Positions 11,544 to 24,945 of a stretch of 64,000 nt of DNA are shown in pieces. Source of the stretch: Heptranchias perlo (Eukaryota). The stretch is taken from NCBI RefSeq assembly GCF_035084215.1, contig NW_027139442.1:4464001-4528000 (forward strand). The letters are read 5' to 3'. Position 1 is the stretch's first letter; the number at the start of each line of letters is the position of its first letter. Both the position numbers and the translations under genes were made by a program. The notes under the pieces were generated by a model. That model was not told the origin of the DNA, searched no databases, and saw nothing but the letters and a program-made list of their open reading frames with translations.

Positions 11544-12869
11544 TGTTCGGGAATCTCCTGCTTCACCCGGATTCCCAGTATCAATTCGCCTTTACTTTCG
11601 AAGGACAGCAGTACTCTTGGACCATCCTCTCTCAAGGTTCCCACAACAGCCCCGCTATTGTCCCTGCTCATACGAAAGGAGCTTTGACAGTGCTGTGAAT
11701 CCCCGGGGTGTCATCCAATATGTGGATGAAATCCTAATACACACCGGGACACGGGAAGATCCCCTGCGAATGGTGAGTGAGGTTTTCCATCGACTGGAGT
11801 CCTCTGGACTTAAGGTCAATGTTACTCAGCTGCAGTTGATGAACCCTCAGATCACGTTCCTTGGTGTCCTCCAAGAGGCCGGGTCCCGGTCTGTTGACCA
11901 GGATAAAGTCAAGGTTATCATCTCCTTACCACGGCCCACCGATGTGACCTCTGTGCACTTGTTTCTGGGTATGACAGGATAGAGTGGGGATTTTATCTCT
12001 GATTATACAGAAATTGCTGATCCCCCTATTAACTACTCCGGGAGGGAGAGGAATGGCAGTGAGCAGAGGGCCCAACCAATATCATCACCACCCGTAAGAG
12101 GAGACTTGCTATTGGTCCGATGCTTGCCTCCCCCCACTCTACAAAGGACTGTGCCCTTTACCCCCTTTCCCGATCTGAGAGTACCGTCGCCATGCTTGGG
12201 CGGGTCCATCATGGTAAGACCAATCCCATTAATTTTACATTGACTCGTCTCCGGGGAACTGAGCTGAACTACATTGAATGAGAGAGGCAGATACTTCAAT
12301 TGTATTGCGCCCTCTCTAAGTCCCTCCACATCATTGGAGGTCACAAAGTTAAGGTTTACACCCATCACAGTCCAGGGCTCTTACGAACTGAAGGCCGAAT
12401 TAAAGAGGGAAATGTGTCTCGTGCCCGAATCACTGATTGGCCGCCGAGACCCTCGAGGTCCCACCAGCAGAAGATGTTCGGAGAATTTTTACTAACCTGG
12501 ACCAAAAAGGATTTAAATCTCATGGAATGAAATCAGATTCCAAATTTGAGAGGACCGAGTTGCACAGAGTGGCTCGGGCCAAAGTGAGCAATGCAGTAAA
12601 TTGGACCTAGAGATGGACTCATCGTGACTTTCCCCGTTGGGTAATGGAACACGTGCATGAAATCCTCGCCTTATTTTATCAACACTCAGAATGATTTTCT
12701 CTTGCATTCCAATCTGCATCCGGCGTGTACTCAACTCAAGGTCACTTCCATTGCCTTCTACTCATTCTATCTCAGCACCCCAATCCACAGCAGCCCTCTG
12801 CTTTACGCGATCAGTTAATAAAATCCAAGCTTGCTTTCAACAAATCAGCATTTCTTAGAATCACAACAT

Positions 12870-14815
12870 TATAGATTGCTTACAGCACAGAAGGAGGCCA
12901 TTCGGCCTATCGAGCAATCCAGTTAGTCCCAAAACCCCGCTCGTTCCCCGTCGCCCTGCAATTTATTTCCCTTCAAGTTTTTATCCAATTCCTTTTTGAA
13001 AGCCACGGTTGAATGTGCTTCCGCCACCCTTTCATGTAGTGCATTCTAGATCAACCACTCGCTGCATAAAAAAAGATTTTCCTCACGCCGCCTTTGCTTC
13101 TTTTGCCAATCGTAATTCTGTGTTCTCTGGCTCTCGACCATTCCGCCAATAGGAACAGTTTCTCTTTATTTACTTTCACTAAACCCTTCATGATTTTGAA
13201 CACCTCTATCAAATCTCCTCTTAATCTTCTCTGCTCTAAGGAGAACTACCCCATCTTCTCCAGTCTATCCATGTAACGAAAGTCCCTCATACCTGGAACT
13301 GTTCTGGTAAATCTTTTCTACACCCCCTCTAAGGCCTTCACATCCTTCCAAAAGTGCTGTGCCAAGAATTGGACACAATGCTCTCGTTGTGGCCGAACCA
13401 CTGTTTGATAAAGGTTGAACACAACTTCCTTGTTATTGAACTCTATGCCTCTATTGATAAATCCCAGGCTCCTGTATGCCACTTTAACTGATTCCTCAAC
13501 CTGTCCTGCCACCTTCAAGGATTTGTGCACAAATAACCCCAGGGCTCTCTGTTCCTGCACCTCATTTATTATTGTACCATTTAGATTATATTGCCTCCCC
13601 TCATTCTTCCAACTAAAATGAATCATTTCGCACTTCTCTGCGTTAAATTTCATCTGCCACGTGTCCGCCCATATCACCAGCCTGTCTATATCCTCTTGAA
13701 GTCTATCACTATTCTCCTCACCGTTTACTACACTTCCAAATTTTGTGACATCTCCACATTTTGCAATTTTACCCTGTACACCCAAGTTCACTCATTAATA
13801 TATATCAAGAAAAGCAGTGGTCCCAGCACCGATCCCAGGGGAACACTACTGTACACCGCCCTCCAGTCCGAAAAGCAACAGTTCACCACTACTCTCTGTT
13901 TCCGTTCCCTTAGCCAATTTTATCATGCTGCTACTGCCCCCTTTATTCCATGGGTTTCAATCTTGATGACAAGCCTATTATGCGGCACCTTATCAAATGC
14001 CTTTTGAAAGTCCATATACACCACATATACCGCATTGCCCTCATCAACCCTCTCTGTTACCTCATCAAAAAACTCAATCATGTTAGTTAAACACGATTTG
14101 TCTTTAACAAATCCGTGCTGGCTTTCCTTAATTAATCTACATTTGTCCAAGTGACTATTAATTTTGTCTCGGATAATTGTTTCTAAAAGCTTTCCCAGCA
14201 TCAAGGTTAAATTGACTAGCCTGTAGTCACCGGATTTATCCTTACACCTGTTTTGAACAAGAGTGTAACATATGCAATTCTCCATTCCTCTGGCACCACC
14301 CTTCGTATCTACGGATGTTTGGAAGGTTATGGTAAGCTCCTCTGAAATTTCCACCCCTACTTCCCTCAGCAACCTAGGGTGCATCCCATATGGGCCGGGT
14401 GACTTAACTAATTTAAGTATATCCAGCCTTCCTACGACCTCTCTTTGTCAATTTTTAGCCCATACAGTATCTCAACTATCTCCTCTTTTCCTGTTACTTT
14501 GGCAGCACCTTCTTCCTTGCTAAAGACAGATGCAAAGTACTTATTTGGAACCTCAGCCATACCATCTTCCTCCGTGAGTAGATCTCCTTTACGGTCCCTC
14601 ATCGGCCCACCCCTACTCTTGCTGCCCGTTTACTATTTATATGCCTATAGAAAACTTTTGGATTCCCCTTTATGTTAGCCGCCAGTCTATTCTCACACTT
14701 CCGCTTGGTTCCATTTATTTTCTTTTTCACTTCTCCTCGGTGCTTTCTGTATTCAGCCTGATTCTCACTTGAATTATCAACCTGACATCTGTCATACTCC
14801 CTCTTTTTCTGCTTC
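12870..14815 (-). mobile_element. CR1 LINE, 5'-truncated, frameshifted
   Basis: Minus ORFs 'SQHGFVKDKSCLTNMIEFF..YMDFQKAFDKVPH' and 'WQMKFNAEKCE'. Confidence 0.9.
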
Positions 14816-15539
14816 ATCTTTATTGACCTCATCAAAACGGTCATACCCAGTATTCGGAGTCCTGGTCGTTCACTTCGGTACTTCAATTTGAAGAAAAGTT
14901 TCATTTGTTTTGATGTCCGAACAGGCAAAGATAAGTCCCCTGGAGTCCAGCTGAGGACATCAAGTTTTGAAGTTCATACTGTTGGTCAGACTCACAAGGA
15001 GATGGTCAAAACGTTCCAACTTCTCGATTTGCTGATAGCCTCAGTATAATGAACAGGGCAAGTAACACTTAACTATCAAATATCCTGCTCAGCGTGAAAC
15101 TGACGGGATGGGGTTGACCCCCATTTAACATTCTGCCCATTTCACTTTTGAAATCAATTGTAAAATCAGGCTGGTTTTAACGCGGGCGGCCGAGAACGAA
15201 ACCATCCCCGCCAATAGGGTAAGGTTAAAATCGGGGCATACTGCAGGCGCCAGCAACCAATGTCCCTGACAGTACTAATTATGGGATGGGTTCACCTCTG
15301 TGCACACTTTTAATTTTAATTACAGCTCTTTAATTTATTCAACTACCTTTTTCAAGATGTTAAGTTGTTATTTTAACAGTGTAAATCAACAAAGAACGAA
15401 TTACTAAATAAACAGTGTAATTAATTGATACGCAATTTGAAATCAAATTAATCAATCTACTAATTATAATCTAGACCCCAAGTGATCATATTAGTCCTTG
15501 AAGTAAATTACTGCTGACAATAAATAAATAAATAAATAT

Positions 15540-18031
15540 TAGAAGTAACGCCACGGGCAGTGTGTCGGGACTGCATAATGTGAGGATATGTTGGCAGCGA
15601 GACTGTCTCAGATTGCCATATCTGCAGGAAATGTCTCTGGCTTGAGTCACTCCGGCTCAGAGTTTTTGAGCTGGAGTGTGAGTTAGAGACACTTCGACAC
15701 ACAAGGGAGGGGGAGGAATATCTGGATAGATTTCTCCAGAGCCCAGTCACATCTCAGAGGAAAGCACAGGCCCAGGAAGGGGAGAGTGTGACTGGAAGTC
15801 AGCAGGGTAGGGGTAGCAAAGAATGAGGTGCCACAGACACTGGTCATATCCGACAGGTACAACGTACTTGCGACCGATGAGGATAAGGACGCCGACTGCA
15901 GCTAGGATGCTCAGAATGCTGAACATGGCAACATGGTGCAGGTGGCAGTCCGTTGTGGGGGAGGGATGAGCAAGATAGGAATAGAAAGGTTGACTTCATG
16001 GGTGAAAGAATGTATCCTCTACAGTCACAACCATGAGTCTAGGAGGGTGTGTTGCCTATTTGGTTTCATGGTAAAGAATATTTCGAAGGAACTGCAGAGC
16101 AACCTAGAAAGGGAGGGGCAAGTCCATATTAAGACAACAATGACAAGAGTAATAATATGGTGCGGGGAGGGGGAGATCCAGCTAAGGGAGGATAAAGAGA
16201 TAGAAAGTAAATTAAAAGCAGAACCTCACATGAGGTAATCTTAGGATTACTAGCCGGGTCACGCACTAATTGGCATCGGGAGACACAGATCAGGAAGGTG
16301 AACGCGTGGTGGAAAGATTACTGTGGGAAGGAGGGATTCCATTTCATGGGGCACTGGTATGAGTACTGGTGCAGGAAGGAGCTGCACTGGTGGAACGGGC
16401 TCCACCTGAACCGGAATGGGGCCAAGGTCCCAGCGGAATGGATAAATAGGGCTGTTGATACGACTACAAACTCGTTCGATGGGGTTCGGGATCTGATAGA
16501 AGTAACAGTAGGTTGAAGATTAAAGGTATGAAAGATGAGAGTAAAGGTCAGACTAAGGAAAGGAATAAGTGAAACATAAACGGTCTGGGATCAGATAAAG
16601 TTATAGAACATAAGTACAACATAACTATCAAAATAAAGCGAGAGGAACAATTAATAAAATCAAATTAAATGACTGTACAACAATTTACACAGCATCCGAA
16701 ACAAAATGGGGAACAGGAGGCAATAATTCGTGGAGATGAACCACGTGTAGTAGAGATATCTGAAATATGGTTGCATAAAGAACATGATTTGCAGTTCAAT
16801 ATTGCAGGATATAATATATTTAGAAAGGATAGGGAAGGAAGATGGGGGTGGAGGATCTCTACTAATTGGGGATAACATAATGACAGCAGAAAAACAGGAC
16901 ATAACTATCATTAAGATAGGAACAGAATCCATATGGATTAAGAAAAATGATAAGAATGCGTCGACTACGCTAATCGGGGGACACGACAGACCACCGAACA
17001 GATGAAGGGAGATGGAGGGAGGAATAACTCGGCAAATCTATGAAATAAGTAAACATCATAGAATAGCAATTATGGGAGATTTCAACGACCCCGAATTAAA
17101 CTAGCAAGAAGCGGTAGTGAAAGGAGAGAAAGGGAATGGAGTCTTTACCGTTTGTTCGGGAATCCTTTCTTACCCAATATGTAAGAAGCCTAACAAGAGA
17201 GGAATCAGTAGTGGATCTAGTAATGGGAAATTAAATGGACCAGATAGAGAATTAAGCGTGGGGGAGCATCTAGGCAATATCGATGATAATATAAATAGGT
17301 TTAAAATAATGATTGAGGGATACATAAGTAGGACAAAGGCCAAAATAATAGATTGTAAAAAAAAAAGCTAATTGTGAAGGGACGAAGACGGAGCTAGGGA
17401 AGGTAAACTGGAAAAAAATATTAAGAGACAAAGAGGTGGAACAGCAATGGGAAATATTTTAAAATATGGTTAATAAAGTTCTGCATAAATTCATTCGGCT
17501 AACATATGGAAAAAAAACGAGCCAATAGTGAGACCGTGGATGAATAAAGAAATAAGGGTAACGTTGAATCTCAGTACAAACGCATACAGTTGGTTTATAG
17601 ATAATAAAGGAGAGTGTGACTAAATGGAATACAATGACCTTAGAAAAGAAGATTAAATAAATAACTAGGAAGGAAAAGAGGAATAATGAAATGAAATTGT
17701 GGACGAATATTAAAAGAAAGAGTAAAGTGTTCTATATACAGATGAATATGAAACGGAATATTAAGATAGGGATAGGGCCACTAAGGGATGCACAACATGA
17801 ACTCACAGGCAATGTCACTGAAAAGGCAGAAAGACTGAATAGTTACTTTACTTGATTTTATTTACCAGGGACACTAACATGACATTAGAAGAAGAGATCA
17901 AAACGGAGATCAAGACAGTGAAATAATTGATAAAGTAAACAAACTTAGAGAGGAATAAATCCCGTATCCCAAATCATTGAAGACTCAAAGAAACTAGTGA
18001 AGAGATAGCAGAGGCATTTTTACACATATAT
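15540..18031 (+). mobile_element. Old CR1 LINE (ORF1, endonuclease, start of RT), interrupted
   Basis: Degenerate ORF1 'NAWWKDYCGKEGFHFMGHW..GLHLN', APE 'ISEIWL', 'RPPN'; many stops; resumes at ~22067. Confidence 0.8.
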
Positions 18032-18034
18032 GGA

Positions 18035-21000
18035 ATCATTGAATCATAGAAGTTTACAACATGGAAACAGGCCCTTCGGCCCAACATGTCCATGTCGCCC
18101 AGTTTATACCAATAAGCTAGTCCCAATTGCCTGCACTTGGCCCATATCCCTCTATACCCATCTTACCCATGTAACTGTCCAAATGCTTTTTAAAAGACAA
18201 AATTGTACCCGCCTCTACTACTGCCTCTGGCAGCTCGTTCCAGACACTCACCACCCTTTGAGTGAAAGAATTGCCCCTCTGGACCCTTTTTTATTTCTCC
18301 CCTCTCACCTTCAATCTATGCCCCCTCGTTATAGACTCCCCTACCTTTGGGAAAAGATTTTGTCTATCTACCTTATCTATGCCCCTCATTATTTTATAGA
18401 CTTCTATAAGATCACCCCTTAACCTCCAACTCTCCAGGGAAAAAAGTCTCAGTCTATCAAACCTCTCCCAATAAGTCAAACCATCAATTCCCGGCAGCAT
18501 CCTAGTTAATCTTTTCTGCACTCTTTCTAGTTTAATAATATCCTTTCTATAATAGGGTGACCAGAACTGTACACAGTATTCCAAGTGTGGCCTTACTAAT
18601 GTCTTGTACGACTTCAACAAGACATCCCAACTCCTGTATTCAATGTTCTAACCAATGAAACCAAGCATGCCGAATGCCTTCTTCACCACCCTATCCACCT
18701 GTGACTCCACTTTCAAGGAGCTATGAACCTGTACTCCTGGATATCTTTGTTCTATATCTCTCCCCAACGCCCTACCATTAACGGAGTAGGTCCTGGCCCG
18801 ATTCGATCTACCAAAATGCATAACCTCACGTTTATCTAAATTAAACTCCATCTGTCATTCATCAGTCCACTGTCCCAATTTATCAAGATCACGCTGCAAT
18901 CCTAGATAACCTTCTTCACTGTCCACAATGCCACCAATCTTGGTGTCATCTGCAAACTTACTAACCATGCCTCCCAAATTCTCATCCAAATCATTAATAT
19001 AAACAACAAATAAGAGCGAACCCAGCACCGATCCCTGAAGCACACCGCTGGTCACAGGCCTCCAGTCTGAAAAACAACCCTCTACAACCACCCTCTGTCT
19101 TCTATCGTCAAGCCAATTTTGTATCCAATTGGCTACCTCACCTTGGATCCCGTGAGATTTAACCTTGTGCAACAACCTACCATGCGGTACCTTGTCAAAG
19201 GATTTGCTAAAGTCCATGTAGACCACGTCTACTGCACAGCCCTCATCTATCTTCTTGGTTACCCCTTAAAAAAACTCAATCAAATTCGTGAGACATGATT
19301 TTCCTCTCACAAAACCATGCTGACTGTTCCGAATCAGTCCCTGCCTCTCCAAATGCCTGCAGATCCTGTCTATCAGAATGCACTCGAACAACTTACCCAC
19401 TACAGATGTCAGGCTCACCGGTCTGTAGTTCCCAGGCTTTTCCCTGCCGCCTTTCTTAAACAAAGGCACAACATTTGCTACCCTCCAATCTTCAGGCACC
19501 TCAACTGTAGCTGTCGATGATTCAAATATCTCTGGTAGGGGACGCGCAATTTCCTTCCTAACCTCCCATAACGTCTTAGGATACATTTCATCAGGCCCCG
19601 GAGATTTATCTACCTTGATGCGCGTTAAGACTTCCAGCACCTCCCTCTCTGTAATATGTACACACCTCAAGACATCACTATTTATTTCCCCAAGTTCCCT
19701 AACATCCATGCCTTTCTCAACCGTAAATACCGATGTGAAATATTCATTCAGGATCTCACCCATCTCTTGTGGTTCCGCACATAGATGACCTTGTTGATCG
19801 TTAAGAGGCCCTACTCTCTCTCTCGTTACTCTTTTGCCCTTCATGTATTTGTAGAAGCTCTTTGGATTCTCCTTTGCCTTATCTGCCAAAGCAATCTCAT
19901 GTCCCCTTTTTGCCCTCCTGATTTATCTCTTAACTCTACTCCGGCAATCTCTATACCCTTCAAGGGATCCACTTGATCCCAGCTGCCTATGCATGTCATA
20001 TGCCTCCTTTTTCTTTTTGACTAGGGCCTCAATCTCCCGAGTCATCCAAGGTTCCCTACTTCTACCAGCCTTGCCCTTCACTTTATAAGAAATGTGCTTA
20101 CCCTGAACCCTGGTTAACACAATTTTGAAAGCCTCCCACTTACCAGACGTCCCTTTGCCTGCCAACAGACTCTCCCAATTAACTTCTGAAAGTTCCTGAC
20201 TAATACCATCAAAATTGGCCTTTCCCCAATTTAGAATTTTAACTTTTGGGCCAGACCTATCATTCTCCATCGCTATCTTAAAACTAATGGAACTATGATC
20301 ACTGGTCCCAAAGTGATCCCTCACTAACACTTCTGTCACCTGCCCTTCCTTATTTCCCAAGAGGAGGCCAAGTTTTGCCCCCTCTCTGGTCGGGCCATCC
20401 ACATACTGAATGAGAAATTCCTCCTGACTACACTCAACACATTTCTCTCCATCCAAGCCCCTAATGCTATGGCTGTCCCAGTCAATGTTGGGAAAGTTAA
20501 AGTCCCCTACTATTACCACCCTATTTTTCTTGCAGCTGTCTGTAATCTCCTTACATATTTGCTCCTCAATTTCCCGTTGACTATTTGGGGGTCTGTAGTA
20601 CAATCCTATCAAAGTGATCTCTCCCTTCTTATTTTTCAGTTCTACCCATATAGACTCAGTGGGCGACCCCTCGGATATATCCCCTCTCACGACTGCCGTG
20701 ATGTTCTCCCTAATCAAGAACGCAAATCCCCCTCCTCTCTTACCTCCTGCTCTATCTTTCCTATAGCATCTGTACCCTGGAACATTGAGCTGCCAGTCCT
20801 GCCCCTCCCTGAGCCATGTTTCAGTAATAGCTATAACATTCCAGTCCCATGTAGCCATCCACGCCCTGAGTTCATCTGCCTTGCCCATCAGACTTCTTGC
20901 ATTGAAATGAATGCAGTTTAATCTAGACTTCCCTTGGTCTTTGCCCTGCTTTCTCAGACCATCTGTCCGGTCATGTTTGGTACACTCTCCCTTACTGCCT

Positions 21001-22045
21001 TTTGTTTCTGTCACCACTTTACTTCCCACTGGCTTCCTCATCTGTTCCCATCCCCCTGCCACATTAGTTTAAACCCTCCCCAACAGCACGAGCAAACACT
21101 CCCCCTAGGACATTGTTTCCAGTCCCGCCCAGATGCAGACCGTCCAATTTGCACTGGTCCCACCTCCCCCAGAACCGGTTCCAATGGCCCAGGAATTTAA
21201 ATCCCTCCCTCTTGCACCATCTCTCAAGCCACGTATTCATCCTAGCTATCCTGTCATTCCTACTCTGACTAGCTCGTGGCACTGGTAGCAATCCTAAGAT
21301 TACAACCTTTGAGGTCCTACTTTTTAGTTTAACTCCTAACTCCATAAATTCAGCTTGTAGAAACTCATCCCGTTTTATTATCTATATCGTTGGTACCTAT
21401 ATGCACTACGACAACTGGCTGTTCACCCTCCCCCTCCAGAATGTCCTGCAGCCGCTCCGAGACATCCCTGACCCTTGCACCAGCGAGGCAACATACCATC
21501 CTGGAGTCTCGGTTGCGTCCGCAGAAACGCCTGTCTATTCCCCTTACAATCGAGTCCCCTATCACTATAGCTCTGCCACTCTTTTTCCTGCCCTCCTGTG
21601 CAGCAGAGCCAGCCAGGGTGCCATGAACCTGGCCGCTGTCACCTTCCCCTGGTGAGCCATCTCCCCCAACAGCATTCAAAACGGTATACCTGTTTGAGTG
21701 GGGGATAGCCACAGGGGACGCCTGCACTACCTGCCTGCAACTCTTACTCTGCATGGTGGTCACCCATTCACTTCCTGCCTGTACACCCTTTACCTGCGGT
21801 GTGACCAACTCGCTAAACGTGCTATCCACGAGTTTCTCTGCATCGCGGATGCTCCACAGTGAATCCACCCGCAGCTCCAGCTCCGAGATACGATCGGTCA
21901 GTAGCTGCAGGTGGACACACTTCCTGTACACATGGTCGGCAGGGACACTGGTAGTGTCCATGACTTCCCACATCTTGCAGGAGGGGCATATCGCGGGTGC
22001 GAGGTCTGCTGCCATGACTTGCCTCAGCTTAGATACCCCTTTTAA
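18035..22045 (-). mobile_element. Near full-length CR1 LINE (ORF1 zinc-finger/SGNH esterase, ORF2 APE+RT) with a few lesions
   Basis: ORF1 from ATG 22015 'CPSCKMWE..IGDSIVR..HIGTND'; ORF2 'ITETWL','YRPPN','GDFN','YRPVSL','KFADD'; gaatcat-type tail at ~18035. Confidence 0.95.
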
Positions 22046-22066
22046 ATTGTATGTATATACATATAT

Positions 22067-22270
22067 ATAGTCCAAAGCAAAGAGAATAGTGCCAGAAGAC
22101 AGCTAATGTTATTCCTATGTTCAGAAATGGAGATAGAACAAATCCAGAGAACGATAGAGCAGTTCGTCTAACGGCGGTGGTCGCAAAGATATTGGAAACT
22201 TTACTAATAAATGTAATAGAACACAAATGGAAACCGAAAATTTGATAACGAATAGTCATTACAGATTTCA
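22067..22270 (+). mobile_element. Continuation of the old + strand CR1
   Basis: 'gtgccagaagac..gctaatgttattcctatgttcagaaatgga' resumes RT where 18031 stopped. Confidence 0.7.
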
Positions 22271-22574
22271 AAAGAGGTCAACTTTAAGTACTGGGTTTAC
22301 TTCTGTGCCCGACAGTGAATTGTCAATGGGAGCTGATTGGATTCCATCTTTTTGGAGATGGCCATTGTCTGGCCCTTGTCTTGTGTGAATGCTGCTTGCA
22401 ATAGATCGGCCCAAGCCTTGCTGCATGCAGGCAGGGACTACTTCATTCACTGAGTAAACTGTGTATGACGCACGTTGCCATATATGATAGTGGAGAGGTC
22501 AGGTAGAAACCAAATTTCACCATGCACTCGGTACTTTTTGTTGCAGATGCTTCCTAGCACGTCACCCTCAGCAA

Positions 22575-23465
22575 CACAGGAACAGGATTAGACCATTCAG
22601 CTCCTCAAGCCTGTTGAGCTATTCAGTTAAATCATGGCTGATCTGCACCCAACTCCATTTGTCCGCCATTACTGCTCATTCATTCATACCCTTACCTAAT
22701 AAAACTCTCTCCACCTCAGCCTTGAAAGTTCCAATTGTCCAAGCATCCACAATCTTCTGGGGCGAGAACTCCAGATGTTAACCACCCTTTGTGTGAAAAA
22801 GTGTTTCCTGTTTTCACAGTGCATGGCCTTCCTCTCATATTAAGCTAATGTCCCCTCGGTCTTGATTCGCCCACCAGAGGAAATAGTTTCGATGTATCAG
22901 TGTTACGATCGCTCTACCCGATCGTACTCCTTTATCATTTTAAACACCTCGATTAGATCAACCATCAAATTTATGGACTCAAGAGAATACAAATTAAGTT
23001 CATGCAACCTCTCCTCATAATTTTACCCTTTTAAACCCAGATATTATTCTGGCGAATCGGTGTTATTCCGCCCTCGAAGACTATTGTGTCATCTTAAGGT
23101 GTGGTGCCCAATCTCCAGATCGAGTCTGACCAACGCTCTGTACAACTGAAGCATAACTTTCTCTCCTCTGTATTCCTACCCTCTTGAGATAAAGGCCAAT
23201 ATTCCATTTGCCTTTTTAATAACTTTTTGTTTCTGTGCACTGGCTTTTAGTATTTGTGCAACTGGATACCCAAACCCCTTTGCTCCTCAATAGTTGATAA
23301 TCTCCCTCCATTAAGAAAATGTTATGATTTGTCTTTCTTCGATCCAAAGTGTATGACCTCACACTTCCTCATATTGAACCCCATCTACCACAGTTTTACC
23401 CAATCACTTAATCTCTTTATGTCGCTATGTAACTTCCTGCTCCCATCTATACTACTCACTGTTTT
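22575..23465 (-). mobile_element. CR1 LINE 3' fragment
   Basis: Similar to 80-890; minus ORF 'KLHSDIKRLSDWVKLW'. Confidence 0.7.
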
Positions 23466-23929
23466 CCAAACTTGTCTCTTACACCCACGTGTTGAGCTCC
23501 AGCATGGCTGAGGATCAGAATGTTTATGGAGCCTCCTCCTCGTATTAGTTGCCTGATTGTTGTTACCATATGCCACAATTCTCTACACTTCCTGGAATGT
23601 ATTGAACGCGTAAGGAAGCTTTTTAAGTCGAACGTTGACTTTCCTTTTCGCTTCCTACACGGAGACACCAAACCCAGCCCCCCATTTCACCCCATATACT
23701 CACACTTTTATCGTTCTCAGGATGTGGGTTTCGTTGGCATGGCCTGGATTGATTGCCTATCGCTAATTGCCCTTTGGTGATGATGGGCAACATTCATGAT
23801 CGCTGATTAGTTGTTTTTATACAATGCTTGCTAAGACACTTCAGAAGGCAGCTCGTATCAACAATGTTGCTGCAGGATTGGAGTCACATATAGGCCAGAC
23901 TGGGTAAAGACGTACGAAACTAGTCCATC

Positions 23930-24500
23930 CAGCCTGTCCAACACAATTGTGATGCCTTTTGTGTTCCAGTATATACAGTGCTCAACTCCCACAAAACAAT
24001 GTTATCTCCTGGAGGAGGCGAAGAAACAGATAAAAACCCAGGTTAATTTGGGGGAAAAATCTGGGAAATTCCTCTCTAACCCTCTTTGGCGATCGAAACA
24101 AGTCCCGGAGATCACTCTTGCCCTGATAATTCTATGCATTACTTCACCTACCTTTTGGAAGAGGAGATCTCCGCCCCAGCCAGAAACAGGTCCAGCTCTC
24201 GCTTGAAGGAATTCAGCGAATCGGCGTCCACCGCACGAACCGCCAGCCTGTTCCACAGGTTCACTATTCTCTGAGAAAAGAACCACCTCCTGAGTCCTGA
24301 CATCTAAGCTAGATCTGGCCTTGTACAACTTAAAAGTGTGATTCTTTGCCTTCCCTAAATGATTTAAATGGAACAAACTGTCAATAGGAACACAATCTAT
24401 TCCCTTCATCATCTAATAAACCTTGATCAAATCACCCCAATATTTACTCTGCTCGAATGTTTAGAGTCCAAACTCTTTTAGACTATCTTGATAAGACAAC
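23930..24500 (-). mobile_element. CR1 LINE 3' fragment
   Basis: Minus ORF 'MMKGID..HTFKLYKARSSLDVR', same type as 900-1440. Confidence 0.65.
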
Positions 24501-24945
24501 AGGTTTCCTTCCCTAAAGGGCAATAGTGAACCAGTTTGTCTTTTTTATGACAAGCCGACGGCTTCATAGTCACATGACTTGACATCAGATTTTTATTTCG
24601 AAAATTCCTAATTGAACTTACATTCTCAAACTGTCATGGTGGGATTTGAACTCACGTTCTCTGAATCATTAGTCCAGGCAGTTAGATTACCAGTACAGTA
24701 ACATAACCACCATGCTGCCTTTCTTAGCCTTGATTATTTTTAAGATCTTCAGTGTAACTTTTACTGCAATAAAGCTTTGAAATGTTTCCTGTACCATTTC
24801 ATCAATAGTTTTTAAAACAGGAGACCAGAAACTGACTAAACGGCACTGATTAATCCCTGGAAATTAATCATGGTCAGACCGCACAATTCTGAGCAAAAAT
24901 ATCAATTACCAGCCGAAAACTTTAAGAGACCTTCAATCAAAAAAG

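Larger units (their letters stand above)
10890..12460 (+). mobile_element. Endogenous retrovirus pol remnant (RT plus tether/RNase H-like region), frameshifted
   Basis: Frames give 'PPQTQ..II TSLEHQG', 'LHPDSQYQFAFTFEGQQYSWTILSQGSHNSPAI', 'IQYVDEILI', 'GLKVN..ITFLG', 'FLGMTG', 'KVKVYTHHSP..VSRARITDW'. Confidence 0.8.

Noticed and set aside
15084-15096. 13-bp match CCTGCTCAGCGTG shared with ~50160
   Set aside because: Matches of this length are expected by chance in 64 kb
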